DNA of 64,000 nucleotides from Lytechinus pictus (Eukaryota), in the NCBI RefSeq assembly GCF_037042905.1, contig NC_087251.1:39310001-39374000 (forward strand). The letters are read 5' to 3'. Of this stretch, positions 50,201 through 64,000 are shown one piece after another (the stretch's first letter is position 1; each line of letters opens with the position of its first letter). The translations under genes were made by a program, and so were the position numbers. The notes under the pieces are model-generated. The model had not been told where the DNA came from, did not search any database, and saw nothing but the letters and a program-made list of their open reading frames with translations.

Positions 50201-51933
50201 TCAAAATGAGGTTTAAATGAAGAATATACTGTATGTTTACAATGTGTGCAAATAAATATTCTGATAATGAAAGATACAAGAATTGTCTTGGTTTTTTATA
50301 TTTTACCTGGTCTTCATAAAGCAGTTGTGTCTCTCTTTCCTGAGTAAGTAAGAAATAAATTTGGATCACAGCTTTAAAACGTACGTCTTATTCTTTAATC
50401 TCCATATTGCTTCCTAACACTCATAAATGCAAGAAGAGAGTTTCAGAAATTAAAGAGCAAATATGCATGAGTATAATCCTTTGGAATTATAATAGCAGAC
50501 TCTGTATGGGAAGGGACTTGGGGACTGATTTTACCCCCCTTTTTTCCCTTAATCCCCTGATAATCCCCTGCGAACAAATATTCCAAACATGTGTATGCCC
50601 TAACATAATACCTATACAGAAACTCACTGAATCAAATTGTAGAAAAGTCACATAATACCCACAATTCAACAAATAAACTCATATAGAAACGTTGAAACAT
50701 ATGTAACAATTACAAATGGATGGCTGGATACTAAAATTTATACATTCAAGTGATGTTGGATAATTATTCTTCATTAAATCGTCGTAATTAAAAAAACATA
50801 TAAAAAATAATTGCTCTTCATTAATTTCATTCTGACAACTACACATTATGTTCTAAATGAAAATCATGCTGTAAGCCATTTGATAAAAAATATTGGCTTG
50901 GCATGGAATTTACTCAATTTTCTTGCTGCTTACTGGCAACATACATGAATACTGAATGAATTTATCTGTCACTCTACTCAAATTTATTCCACAACTGCTT
51001 TTTTATCAAATTGAATTAAACATGCATGTCTTCCAAAGTGTACATATGCAGTATTAAGTTTTTTTTCTGAAAAACAACAAAATAAAACTTCATATTGCAC
51101 CTGGAAGTGGCAAAACGTCAAAGGAAGAACTTTTCTCTTTTGTTTTTATGAGGGCGGCGGGTAAACGCTATTCAATATGATTCCATCAGACAGTCAAAGT
51201 TGCATGCGTATTCAATTGCTTTTGTTTGATATTTGAGGGATTACAATCAAACATATCCCCAAAGTATCCCGCAAATGAGGATATAAAAACAATGCAAAGT
51301 TATCAGAAACCATACAAAGCTACTGCGACGATTTCTTGAAGAACTTTAGACGAACCCGACTTATCTTTCAAAGGATGAGAGATTACCGTAAATGATACAT
51401 GCTTATCTGCATGCTGTGAGCAATTCTTGCAGTCTAGTTTACCCTTTTTTTAGTTCAGAGTCAGAAATTGAAAACTGTCACAAATACCACTGTGGGAAAC
51501 AACCTTGAGAGCTTATAGACACCTCATTTCCTCATTCATACTCTGATGTATTTTAAATTGGCATTTGAAATACCAACTGACTGTGTTTTTTTTTATATGA
51601 ATATGAATGCATATCTGTGGGAATATGAGAGAATAATTCATGATTAGAAAGGCTCAGAGGAAAATTAATTGCTTCTTTTTCATAGCAGCCCCCCCCCCCC
51701 ATTCCTTCCCCAAAGGTGCCATCATATCCTGTTGGTCTATTGTGCAAATACACATGATGTACTACCATAAATACTGCTCAAGTGAAATAAACATACCTTG
51801 TAGATTTGGTGCACTTTAATCAATGTTTTGAATATACACATTAGGACTTGATGCAATTGAGGGGGAAGGGCATTGGTGTACACATTTACGGCCAGAAAAA
51901 CGTTTTTTAAAGGATGTTCTAATGGAATGTGAT

Positions 51934-52623
51934 CAGGGGCAGTGGAGCGAAGTTAAAAGTGGGAGGTACAGGGAAAAAGGGCACATTTTCTTTTGAAAAG
52001 GGCAATATCTTAAAACAAAGAAAAATATGACTTATCCACAATGTCGTTATGGGGCAAAAATTTTGAGAGGGGGTAGATATGTTGTATTACGTATATTTAT
52101 AAGCTGGAAGCGAGCAAAATTTTGACATTTTTATAACGAAAATCAAATTTTTTGATAGCTTTTGACAGCAAATATAATATCATATTTCACCCTTCTCTCT
52201 TAGTTTCCTTTTTCTCTTTTTTGTTGGTCGTGAAAAAATGGAAAGGGGGCAAAAGCCCCCCATCTGCACGCCTCTGCTTATCTACTCCACTCACATGACT
52301 CATGAAGCTTAAGGCATGTAGGATTATCCTTGTTTTGTTGTAACATAAAAATGAGAATATTGTTTTCTTGTTTCAAAGGGGCACTCGTTAACATGTAAAA
52401 TGGGTCCTTCTCAGGTGAAAGGGGCACAGGACACGTTCGTGAGGGGGAATTTTTGGTAAAAATTGGCAAAGATGTGAGATATGGCACTTTCTAACACATA
52501 AATCAGGTCCTCCTCAGGTGAAAGGGGCACAGTACACGTTCATGAGGGGGCATTTTTCTTGTGTAAAGACGGCACTTTTTCAGTGCTTAAACAGTGCCCC
52601 CCCCCCAAGGATCGCTGCCCCTG
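51934..52623. mobile_element. hAT-type MITE with 8-bp TSD
   Basis: CAGGGGCAG / CTGCCCCTG ends; AATGTGAT at 51926-51933 and 52624-52631. Confidence 0.85.
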
Positions 52624-55077
52624 AATGTGATGCTGTTAAAAGACCTAAAATCAAAATCAAGGGTAGTATGTTTGATAAGAAAACAGACAAAAATAAAGAA
52701 AAACAAGTTTTTGGTTTGGAATTTATTCATGTGCATTATATGTTACATTATAAACATTGAGTTTTGTGAAATATAAAAATTCTTTGATCAGGGGGCACTT
52801 CGCTAAAAAAAAACATGTTGAGGTTTATGTTCACAGAAAACACATGGAAATACCAAAATAATTCATCATTTTGAGAAATGATAAATATGATTCACAAAAA
52901 CTTTGGTCTTGCATATGTACAGCAATAGCTGATTCACCCTCCCCCCCCCCCCCCCCATCGACACGAACCAAAATATGAGAAACATTGAATTCCTAGATCC
53001 ACAAAACAAAATAACCAATTCCCTTGGCACCTTTATCCAATCATTTTCAGCTGTAAAATTCCTATATCAGCAATAAAACCAAACAGGAAGCAGCCCTTTT
53101 CATAGCGGTGTATACCCCGGTTAGGCAAACTGTACTCACGAGTGTATTATTGGTCATGTATTAGGAAAATAAAGGCCCCACGGATCAATATCTGGGTGCA
53201 AGCCGACAGAGCCTCCATCGTCTGGGTGCACTTGCACCGTGACATTTGAGTCAAACATCATAAATATGCACTTATGAAAGCGAATCTTTATTACTTGTCC
53301 TCTGTGTCTGTCTGCAGGCAGCCGAGCCTGGATGTATGTGTATGTATGTACGATATGCAACACCATGTTATCACACTTAATTATGAAAACGCACCCCAAT
53401 ATGTGCGTGTTTCTACTTCACTGTTGCCATGGTTTATTGTCATGACTTAGAAGTAAGGTAATACACTTGACATCTCAAAACTTTTGTTTATTATTTAAAA
53501 ATGTTCTACTAAAGTTTAGAGCATTAAAATAAAAAGCATCTGTTCTACACTTAGCAAGGAATTATGAATACTAAATATTATCATTATAATCATCCTTGCG
53601 TATGCTATGAAAATGCATTATTCATCAGTATCATTTCTTTTCTATACTAGATACCAAAACCATTACCTGAATCTTCTAAAACATTTATAAATTACAAAAT
53701 ATATCTAGATGTATTTCATAATCTATAATTTCCCACAAAAAATGTTCCTACACATTTGAAAACTTTTTTCCCCTTAATCAATCTAGCAGGTTGTCAACCA
53801 AGTATCAAAAATAATTAAGAGCTTTTAAACATTCTCCTTCCCCTTAATACACCAGAAACAGTGATTGGCAAAGCAAGTGATAAAAATGACAATAACACTT
53901 TACTTGTAACTAAATCGAATACCTTTTCTAGCAAATCAAAGACATCTACATTTCCAAATAGAATCTAATTAAAACAGACAGCCAAATAAACCCACTAGCC
54001 CATTCAATGCAAACATGGTAGCGGTGCAATTATTTTTAACGAGCCCCAATCAAAGGCTGCATGCGCAGGTAACGACCGCGCTTTCCCCGTCGCCCTAATC
54101 CCCTCTTTAGCACCCGGAGCGGTGGCAGAAACACGATTTGAGGACGGGGAGTTTGGAATACTAATAACGTGTGACAGAGAAGAGTGGACTGTATAATGGA
54201 GAAGGGGTAATCCAATCGGTTTGGCGCATCAATAATGAACACGATTATGAGCAGACATCGGGAGCCAAATTTGGGTTATCAGCGATCCCATAGCATGGAT
54301 CTAAGGCCACGGTCTGGATGCGATATGGATGGACGAAGGCACGTTTCAGCCCTCTTGCCTGGGATCTATTTGAACCATAAATCCTGTTTTTTCAAACAGA
54401 TCAAACGTACAGGTTGATCAAATACATATTCTGGGTGTACAAATTGGGATCATTGATACTTCTTTGATATCAAAATTATTAGTACTAGTTGACGACAAGG
54501 CATTGGAACTATGCAGAAGACATGTTTCTGGGGAGCAAATATTAACGATTTATTTAGCAGGCCACAGGACTTGTATCTTTATCGTAATCATTCATTTTGT
54601 CATCAATACTAGCTGTACAGACTTTGCAAAACCAACAACGCTCATTGCATTGTATCTTTGGATTAATTTCCAGTCATTCACACCAAGAAAGATTTTTTCA
54701 TATCACCTTACAAATTAAAAAAAAAATCTAAGTACAGATTAATGTGGCATTTTAAGAGTTAAACCAGTTGGTCTTATTTCCATTCATTTCTATTTTCTCC
54801 CAATCTTCTTCTCTCTATTCACCATCTTCTCTAGATATATCATTGCCTTCATCACACTCAAACACTTTTCAAATCTCTTCTCCTGTACCATTCTCTCTTT
54901 AAGCATCTCCAACATCAACAATTAATCACTCAATGTATTTCACAGCTGATATGTAACTGCAAAAGTAAAGATGACATTCCAATTTCATACGTTCAGTTTT
55001 GCAGAAACCCTTATTCAACTTACACAACACCATCCTCTTGAAATAAGGAAAACTCAGGCATTTTCCTTCTAATGTAA

Positions 55078-55180
55078 CAGTCACACCGGAAGAACTGATA
55101 CCAGACCGACCAAACATATTACATTATTCCCAATGACATATCATTGGTCGGTTTGGAGTCAGTTTCGTAGGTGTGACTGT
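55078..55180. mobile_element. Short palindromic MITE remnant
   Basis: CAGTCACACC...GACCGACCAA / TTGGTCGGT...GGTGTGACTG. Confidence 0.5.
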
Positions 55181-55421
55181 GGGTAGCATCATCTACTCAA
55201 AAAGTTCTAATCGCCATGGAAACGAGTGATGGGGGAAGAGGGAGAAAATCCACAACTGCATCAAGTACGTTCTGAAACAGTTGCACTGTAGATGAATTCA
55301 AGCTCGGCAAATTGCAACTTGGGGCCATCCTGCAACTCATGCACGCCAGCCATCTATGAAGCTGCAAATTACGTGCAGCTGGGATGCAATGGATAGGAGC
55401 ATTTTAAGACGGCTTCAACAA

Positions 55422-56494
55422 CAGTCAGACTGCAGGTCCCAAGAAAGTGGCTTCTTTCATCCAAGTGATATTCATGACTTGAGATGATTTGCATATTTAA
55501 TGAGCTTGATGCGGACCAAAACACCTCTTTTCATTCGGTCATTGCTGCTCTAATTATGCATCGAATTTCATGAATTTGGTACCATTGTAAAGAAGAAGAA
55601 TCATTCTTTTAGGTCATGTGTTTGGATTTATTCAAAGATTTTGTAATATAGGTTAAAATTTTGATTCAAAATATGCTACAAAATAAATATTTTCACCTGA
55701 CAAAAGCTGCTATTTTCACACTTTATTTTTGTTTGAGCCCAAATGATTTTTATATCTTGATAAAGCTGAATATGTATGCTTTGAAATGATATAGGTTTCA
55801 AAATAAGAATTGGTTTAATCGGGTCAAGATCACACTTTTCATTTGCCAAGTACATAAAGCAGCTTGAAAACAAGTATACTGCACTCTGATTGGTCAAAAA
55901 GACCACACAATGGCAAATTCCAACGGTTCCAGTGCCTGGGTTCGTGGGAAGGTCACACTTCCCATGTGGTAATCTCCTCAAATACCCCGCGCCTGTTGTT
56001 CTGTGAACCTTATCCAGCCAATCAGAACTCTGGATTTCATGCAAGTACAAAATTTTAGAAATCTCGTCTTGTACCTTGGTGGGAAAAGTGTGATCTTGAC
56101 CCGATTAAAAGGTGCCGCATATCAAGAGTGGCATTGTGAGAAAGTACAGAAGTTCAGCTTTATGGTGATATAGATATCATTGAGGCTCAAAATAAAAAGT
56201 TTTGCACAATTTGCAAACGAAAACAGAGGAAGATAATTCAGTTTTGAGGCACAATTTCAGGCCAGATATTTACTTATTTAACAAAATATTGTATACAAAA
56301 TAAATGACCAATATGAAAAAGTAAGTTTTACTCTATCTGATGATGCAATAATGTTTAATTTAAAACAGGTAAATTCTTAGAGAAAGAAAATCTCACGAAT
56401 CACGAGATTTTGCAAGGAGGAGGATTCAGTCACGAGATGATTTGGATGAATCTGGCCTTTTTGCTCATTAGCATAGGGACCTGCGGTCTGACTG
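55422..56494. mobile_element. Non-autonomous DNA transposon, 19-bp TIR, 5-bp TSD
   Basis: CAGTCAGACTGCAGGTCCC / GGGACCTGCGGTCTGACTG (1 mismatch); AACAA at 55417-55421 and 56495-56499. Confidence 0.8.
55819..56104. mobile_element. Inner inverted-repeat module flanked by TTAA (nested MITE?)
   Basis: TTAA|TCGGGTCAAGATCACACTTTTC ... GAAAAGTGTGATCTTGACCCGA|TTAA, perfect IR. Confidence 0.6.
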
Positions 56495-58060
56495 AACAAT
56501 ACCAATTTGAAACAAATGCACATATTCAGGAATACGGTGAAACCTGTCAATCGTGACCACCCGATGGAAACACAACGTATGGACTTAACCAATTGCCTAC
56601 TAGAACTAGATGATCCTGTAAAAAAGTCTACACGAATCTTAAAATTCAGTAGTCCCTATTTTTGTCCGTGATTTTCAGATGACAGATGTTACAAGCTACT
56701 GCAAACTCTTACACCTGATTGGCCAAGAGCAAATTAGTCAATGTAAACTACTGATAAAACCTTTCAAGAGACACCCCTCTGTTCACAAAACCAAACATGG
56801 AATTGCAAGTACAGGGCAAAGGAATAAACATCTTCCAAGGATATCTACCTAAAAATTATCTAGAAGTTATCAAATAAATCCTTCATAATTGAACTTCATA
56901 AACAGTTTGTGTGTATCAATCTATTGTATCTTTCAACTTCTTAATCATTTTCAATCACAATTAACTGAGTTGGTGGAGGTAAAGTCATATCAAGGGTTCA
57001 ATATCTACTTTAGACTCACTATTTCATGCAATTGGGTTTCTTATAAATTTATACAACCTTGGAATGCACAAATAATGCTATGATCTGTTGTCCCACCAAT
57101 ACATGGATAAAAAGCAAGCAATATTTTACTCGGCTAGTTTCTATAGAAATTTCACAAAACCACACATCTTTGAACATCTCTAGAGGACATGATTTTTTTT
57201 TTCCTTTCATAAAAATCAAACCATCTAATTTCAAGTAGATGATAGAATCCACAAAACATGGCTCCTTATACTAGTATATATTTTTGATGCCATCAGACCT
57301 TCCTAATGGCCATTGAATCTGTGGCCCGAATAATATGTCACACCGATTGTCTTTCAAGAGCGTGTTCGAGCAAATCCAAGCTTGAAATAGTTGCCCCGGG
57401 CCATTTTTGGCTCGTCCATCGAGCAAGGTCAAGCCTCGCATGTGGAGAAAGAGATAAGGGAGGGGTCGCTCCTTCAAAAATACGAGGATAATTGGGTATA
57501 GGGTCACGTGACGGCAACCTGTCGGGCTCTTATCGGAGAATGGCGAGAAGAGTATTCCGCTAGAATGAGTGTACAGGGATGGAGACAGACCAGTAATTGG
57601 ATAGGCAGGGGGAGGTAATTAAACTTGACGAGATGTGTGCCTCAGTCGCGAGAGTGTTTTTCGCAGTCGGGTGCATTCTCCCCCATGCCCGCTCTGTAAT
57701 GTTGTTATCCACGGGGACTGCCATGCGAAGAGTGCACCTATACTCACATACCCAGCGACAGAAACTTGTTGATCAATCAGAGATGGAGACTGGGGATAAA
57801 CAGGGTTAAGGATCTTAAGGAACTATAAAGATCAAATCACTCTGTCATGGTGCATAGACAATGGTGACTCACCATTTCTCTAACATTTTTATCATACCTA
57901 CCTTTTAAGCTCTTTGGACAAAGTTATAAAAGATAAAAAATATATATAAAATGTTATGCAGGGACCACTGGTAGAGCAGTTTCCTAACTGAAGTGGCTAC
58001 CCTGGGTAAATAAAACATTATTATCATTATTTTTTTTCTATGTGATCAATATCACATATC

Positions 58061-58765
58061 GTCAGTGATTTTACAAACTGGCTCACACCTAATTTTCGGT
58101 CAAATTTTCAAAATTTATTTTCATGCATATTCCGATAGCCTGTGATTCACTCTAATGATTTGCCAAATTTCAGAAAAAAATTAGTATTACCGGTATTTTA
58201 AGAATAAAAGCATATTTAATTCTTTCACGAACTGGCTCAACCTCCTCTGATTTTACGAACTGGCTCAAACCATACTTTGTGTACTATGAGGTCTCTGGAA
58301 TAGCGCGCGCTGCTCAGGTCAATGACCCGACCTAGATGCTGTGCGTATGCGGCATGTATATGCTTTGCGCAGGGTTTGTGCCTCTAAAAAATCATGCGCA
58401 TAGCATGAATGATTTTACGAACTGTCTCAAACCGTGGTTTGTGACGCTAAAAATCAGTGCGCATGGTATGCATGATTTTACGAACTGGCTCAAATCCCCT
58501 GTTTTGGGAAAAATTTAGCAGCTTCTAAAATGCATACATGCACTTCTTTTCAAATATTGAGAGAATGAATAGGAATTGCCGACAAAATTCTGCATATTAT
58601 AAAAGAATAGAATGTATGCTTTAAATTGGTATAAATAATTGATCTGTTTTTTTTCAAAGCGTGAAGTTATGAGGGTCTGAAAACATTCAAACTTTGTACG
58701 CGATTATCTCAAAATCATGTTTTGGAGACCAGCCGAGGTTTAAGCCAGTTTGTAAAATCACTGAC
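58061..58765. mobile_element. MITE with TIR GTCAGTGATTTTACAAACTGGCT and internal GATTTTACGAACTGGCTCAA repeats
   Basis: Perfect 23-bp inverted ends; internal copies near 58225, 58250, 58411 and 58474. Confidence 0.8.
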
Positions 58766-61700
58766 AATATCTTGCAGATGGTGTCAGATTGTTAGTTCCA
58801 GAAGATGAGAAGCGAAATACCTTTGTTTGCAAAATGTCTACAATTATATTGATTTAAGATATCTATTTTCTTTTCTTCTGTTTTTGACTTGCAACCAAAC
58901 TTTAATCAATCACAAATTAGACAATTGGTGACTACTTGTAATATTTTCTAAAATTAAACTTCACATGAAACTTTCACCATTTTCCCTGATTTTCCACTTT
59001 ATCTTTATCCTTCTGTCTCCATAACTTCTTTCCCTTTCTGATGCAAATATTGAGTCCCTCTGTCATTTTCTCTATCTTCTTTCTATCCCATACCCCTCTT
59101 TTGTGTCTCTGTCTCACCCCTTTCTTTGTCTCTCACCCATATATCATCTGCAAATCTCACAACTCTCCATGTACCTTTCTATTACTCTGTCTCTCTTTCT
59201 GTCTGTCTCTGTCTATGACTCTCTCTATCTCTCAACATCTACCTCACTACCTTTAACACAGTTTTCTTTATCCACCACCTCCCCACCACCACTTAGCGAC
59301 CCCCCCCCCGATCACATTGCCTGTGTAGAACGAAAGCCTCTGAGATTTCATCTCACCAGCGCATCAGTAAATCCTTGCTTAAGATAACATCATACAAGGT
59401 AGAAGGTCCCTGGGGTGTGCTCTGTGCACTGGACGAACAAATTCACTATCTCATCGGCCGACTGGCCAGCACTCGCACGCACAGGCTAAAGAACCCCCTG
59501 ATGTGATTCAGACGAAAATTAACCAGCTCAGCGCTCAGGGGCGTGATGACTAATTTTGTCATCTCGTCTTTCAAGACCGGGCACATGAGACACCGAGGCA
59601 GAAAGTCAGGGGAAAAGGTAGATGGCACGTAACATCGTCAGCATCGTCCTGCTGTGTGTTTTAATGCTTGATTAGGTAGGGACAATATCCTTTGCTTTTG
59701 AATTAGCCCAGAGAGCCCAAGAATGAAAACTTGTAAAATTGGCCAGATAAGTGCAAGCTGGTGAGTGTTTCATTAACATTTGTTGTCAGACAAGTTGTGA
59801 GATCTAGCAACTTGATTTCACAGGTATGTGGACCATCATGAAATTGTCCCCAGAATGTTGTAGTCTACTTACATTCAAGAACTTTGCAGAAGCTCCATCG
59901 GTTATAATTGCACTTCTGCTTTTAAATGTTATCCGATGATACACCTATCTAATGTCTTTTATTCTTATATTTTATTGCCGTTAAGTTTTCTCTTGTATTT
60001 GTAACAGTATATATTTTCTTTTCTCTTTCTTACTTTAAACTTGAGCACTCTGACGACTGGTTTGGTACATTTATCAAAATTATTTATGATATCAGCCATG
60101 TATGTATGAATTATTAATATGCATGCAAAGCAAAAGAGATTGTGTTTTGTGATGACACTTTGTAATATATTATGCTTCTAAAAGTTATCTATGATGATTA
60201 GTTTTGCTACTTTTAGTTCTAAACATTACATATATACTTACGACATCAAGAATTCTCTCCTCTAAATCCTGGTTGATTTCATGTAATTCCTGATGACTTT
60301 TTTCCAATCTGTAATGATAAAGTCAAAGAACAGAAATGGAAGAAAAAGTTAAAAAAGAAAAATCAAAACATTACATCATTATCGTTTCCTATTCTTCCTG
60401 CTTGAGTCTTATCTTACCAAAAGTTAATGCTCCTGGGTTGTGTTCATAAAGTTTTGCATAAGTTACAAGTGACTTTACAAATGACTGGTGACCCTTTCTT
60501 GGGAGCTAATTCAACACCAATGAACATTTGGTGGGTATCACTTGGCGCAAGAGGGGTACGTGGATTGTTCATAAAGTCATGCATAACTTTCGCACAGCTT
60601 CATCAAACATAATGGTGGCATTTCATAAAGATTACTTTTGTATGTTACATATGACTTATACCCACCACTGGAACATGTTCTTGGCCACTTAGTCAGCCAC
60701 ATAGGGACACATCTTAGCACAAGGTCATCAGTCATGTATAACGGTTTTGTGAAACTGCCCCAATGATATTTTCATGTAGTCTTTGTACTAAATAAAGCCA
60801 AAGAAATCCTCTTTCTCTCTCTCTCTCTTCTAAGAAATGGACACGTATAAGTTACAGGTAAATCACAGTATATTCCCTTTCATATAGAATGTTATAAGGC
60901 TGTGATTACACCCATAAAGAATGGATGCACAATGGGTTAAGCTTTGTCTTATCATGGATATCTCATGATCGTCGTAGAAGCATCGCAAAAGGCAGCGGAT
61001 TTGAGGGGAGTCGGAACACGAATCCCGGTGGGAGCAATTGGCACATTTTACCATCCATCAATTAGTTGAAATGGAATCTTGGCTAGAGACTATTCATTCA
61101 ATTGTCTTTCCCTTTTTCTTCTCTCCTCTTTTCCCCCCATTAGATCTTCTCCCTCTGTGTTCATCTCTCTCCCTGATCAGTCAAATGCTAGACTTCATTC
61201 ATTCCCCGAGGGATGGGTTTGCGAGATGCGACCATGACAGACGAATCACATACCATCCATCACATTAGGAGCTCCGCGAGACTCGCATTGCGTATTGAAA
61301 CATTGGTTTCCAGCTCCGAACATAGAAATAATATTCAAGGCAAATTTTTGCTGCTTTCAAAGCTTGGACCTCCTGTAAGATAGTTTGCTCACTATTTTTA
61401 AAAACAAATTACAAACTACAAATGTTATCACAAAATTAACTTTTCACATTTACTCATTTTGAAACTTGCAGTTAGAAGTAATATCCATTATAAAATTTCG
61501 CCCATTAAGATAATGACATCCTTGGGACTCACTTTCCTAATTGATTGCAAGATTTCCAAGCTAATTTCAAAAGCATCATTATGTAAACAAGTTCATTGAA
61601 AAGTCACATTCATCTTAATTAAATAACTGAATAAGTTTTATATGCAACAGAATATACATATTCATTATCATTACTGCTAAATTAATCAATATGTTTGGGA

Positions 61701-62889
61701 ATATACAAATATAATTAAATAGGACATTGCAATACTATATAGTAATCCTAATTACAATACCCCCAAGGTTGTTTAAAGCCCCTTTCACAATTGGTGGTGC
61801 AACTGCTTACAAATGTTGCGATTCTGTGCAACATATGTTGTGACCAAACGATCGCACAAGCAATTGTGAAAGCCCCTTTAAGGAGACAAACTTATATGAG
61901 GAGAGAAAATATCTTCTTCTTTTTTAAATAAAAGAGTCTGGTTAGGATAAATTAAGAATAATAACAGCTGTATCAAGACGACTACTGATCTATTTTTTTT
62001 ACTAGTTTCTCTTTAGGATGCGGGTAAACTATAAACTTCTATGATTAACATCTGAAAACACGGCCGCACATCATTATTAAACTTTGAGAAATGAACCAAA
62101 AAATTATACTCTTATCACACTCCCATAATGCCAGTCACACCAAATAAATCGACTTCAGATTGATCAAAGCTATTGCTTTATTTTTAATGACATATAATTG
62201 GACATTCTGTAGTCGCCTACGTTGGTGTGATTGTAACATCGAATGACCCTCAAATGAACCCAGGCACATATATAGTACTATGACCAGACACTGAACCACT
62301 CTCTGCCAGCTACTATAAATCAGTCTTTTCTCATACAACAGTAATGATACAGGATAGGTTATCACAATATCAATGATATATGCTTCAGTATGTTGTTTAT
62401 GTATGTAGGTTAAATTGCGAAGGCAGCACCATTTCTCATATCTCCTCATCTGCAGCTATTTGCAAAGGCATATGTCCTTGGAAGCACACAAACAAAGATG
62501 AACTATTGTTATCTGTCTACAGTTCCGCAAAAATTGTTTCAACTTATTTTCCTCGGTTGTCATGAACACTGTCGTTTATCTAAACTCTGATATCAATTAT
62601 TCATCATAAAATGAAATAAAGCTAAGAAATACAAAGGTGTACTTACAATTCATATATTAAATTGTTATTGGTACCATATTGCTTATCAGTGATATTCAAA
62701 TAATAAAGACAAAAAGACAAATTTCCCTTTTTTAAGAAAGTGAGTAATAAAGGGCTAAAAGTAAAAGGAGCAATTTTATCACCAATGTAATCAATGAATC
62801 TAGGATAGAATTTTCCTCACTATTTTAACATCTACCTAAGATCATAGAATGGGGTTGGCATTAGCAAGGGTCTAAGGGCACAAGATATA

Positions 62890-63088
62890 CAGTGGTGCTC
62901 AAAAGTTATTGAACCCCACCAGAAAATGAAGATATTTTTAAGTGTTCAAAATCTGTCATGTTCTAGATATTCAATTGTGAAGTCAGGTGATGAAATATTA
63001 TATTCAATAAAGTAAAAGTTTGTTTCTCTGGGCTCAGCCAATAACTAAAGTGTTGTTGTCTGCATTTGAGCACTTTTGAGCGCAACTG
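62890..63088. mobile_element. Tc1-like MITE with TA TSD; related fragment at ~26960-27090
   Basis: TA|CAGTGGTGCTCAAAAGT ... ACTTTTGAGCGCAACTG|TA. Confidence 0.65.
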
Positions 63089-64000
63089 TAAATCTACATA
63101 AATTTGAATGCAATAATATTGATGTCATTCATATTGATAATATGTAATTTGGAAGTTGGATTTAGATTTCTCTGAACTTCTTTAACATCTACCTAAGATC
63201 ATCTAAGGATCAAAGGGCATCAGATATAGATCTATTTAAATGCATTATCAACATTCACAATCATAAACAATTAAATCCTGTGTCAATCAAAAGTCTTCTT
63301 TATAATTCCCCTAACTACTTCCTCATCTACTTTAGATCATTAAATAGCAAGATCAGCATTACACCGGTCTAAGTGCACCAGATATAGATGTACATGTATG
63401 TTTTTAATCAAGGTCAATTACAATCACAAACAATCCTCTCTCATTCAAGAGTCTGGTTTATAATTCTAATACTTCTTTTACATCTATTTTTAGATACTTT
63501 TAAGGGTGTATTGCTAACACGAAGGGAACAAATGGCATATACAATACAGATCTACTTTACATTAATGAATAATGATTTTAACTCTTTCACTACTGCACCG
63601 TATCAACAAAAAAGAATAAAAGGAATTCAAGAAATTATATTTTACTATTTTCATTCCATGAACATTGCTTTGACAAGTACTCTCGGGAAATTTCTGTGCA
63701 CTAAGCCAAACACATAGAACTGACACTAATCCTAATTCATCTTTCCAATGTTCCTAGTTTACAATGCAACCACTACCCAAATCCTTTACAATTGATTAGA
63801 AACATCCATTTCCAGCATATTATGCATAACACATATGCATTGGGGCAAGGCCTGCATTACTGCATTTGTTGATACATCCATACCGATTTCATATGAATTC
63901 CTTCCTGCTGTAGCCTATTCATGCAATTTATTTTCAAGTTTGATTCAGCTACATGTCCCGAGGCACACCGCCTTTTGGAGACGGGTCTTAGTCATGCATT

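Noticed and set aside
55422..55440. RAG/Transib RSS-like terminus
   Set aside because: The terminus starts CAG, not the CAC heptamer start, and I see no nonamer; only the 5-bp TSD fits.

Overview
AT-rich animal genomic DNA. The SINE, Helentron-like and MITE repertoire suggests an echinoderm such as a sea urchin; this is inference. The window holds the last coding exon of WDR25 (+, 265-492) and, tail-to-tail with it, three coding exons of a BEGAIN/TJAP1-family gene (-, 33907-34014, 18061-18147, 13116-14459). The upstream exons of that gene were not found and probably lie beyond a >30 kb intron. The same convergent WDR25-BEGAIN pair occurs in human. The rest is intron/intergenic DNA full of repeats: Gypsy gag/LTR remnants, Helentron-like elements carrying satellites, many MITEs with 2-8 bp TSDs, a tRNA-derived SINE, a 221-bp satellite and microsatellites. 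The most unusual structure is at 18590-21535. It is a nearly homogeneous, non-coding insertion of eight 334-bp units, each with a tRNA-like Pol III cassette. A 207-bp inverted copy heads the array and a 14-bp target-site duplication brackets it. This is a Penelope-like insertion architecture without a canonical hammerhead ribozyme. The BEGAIN-like protein also ends in YMQTSV, nearly identical to the CRIPT PDZ ligand.
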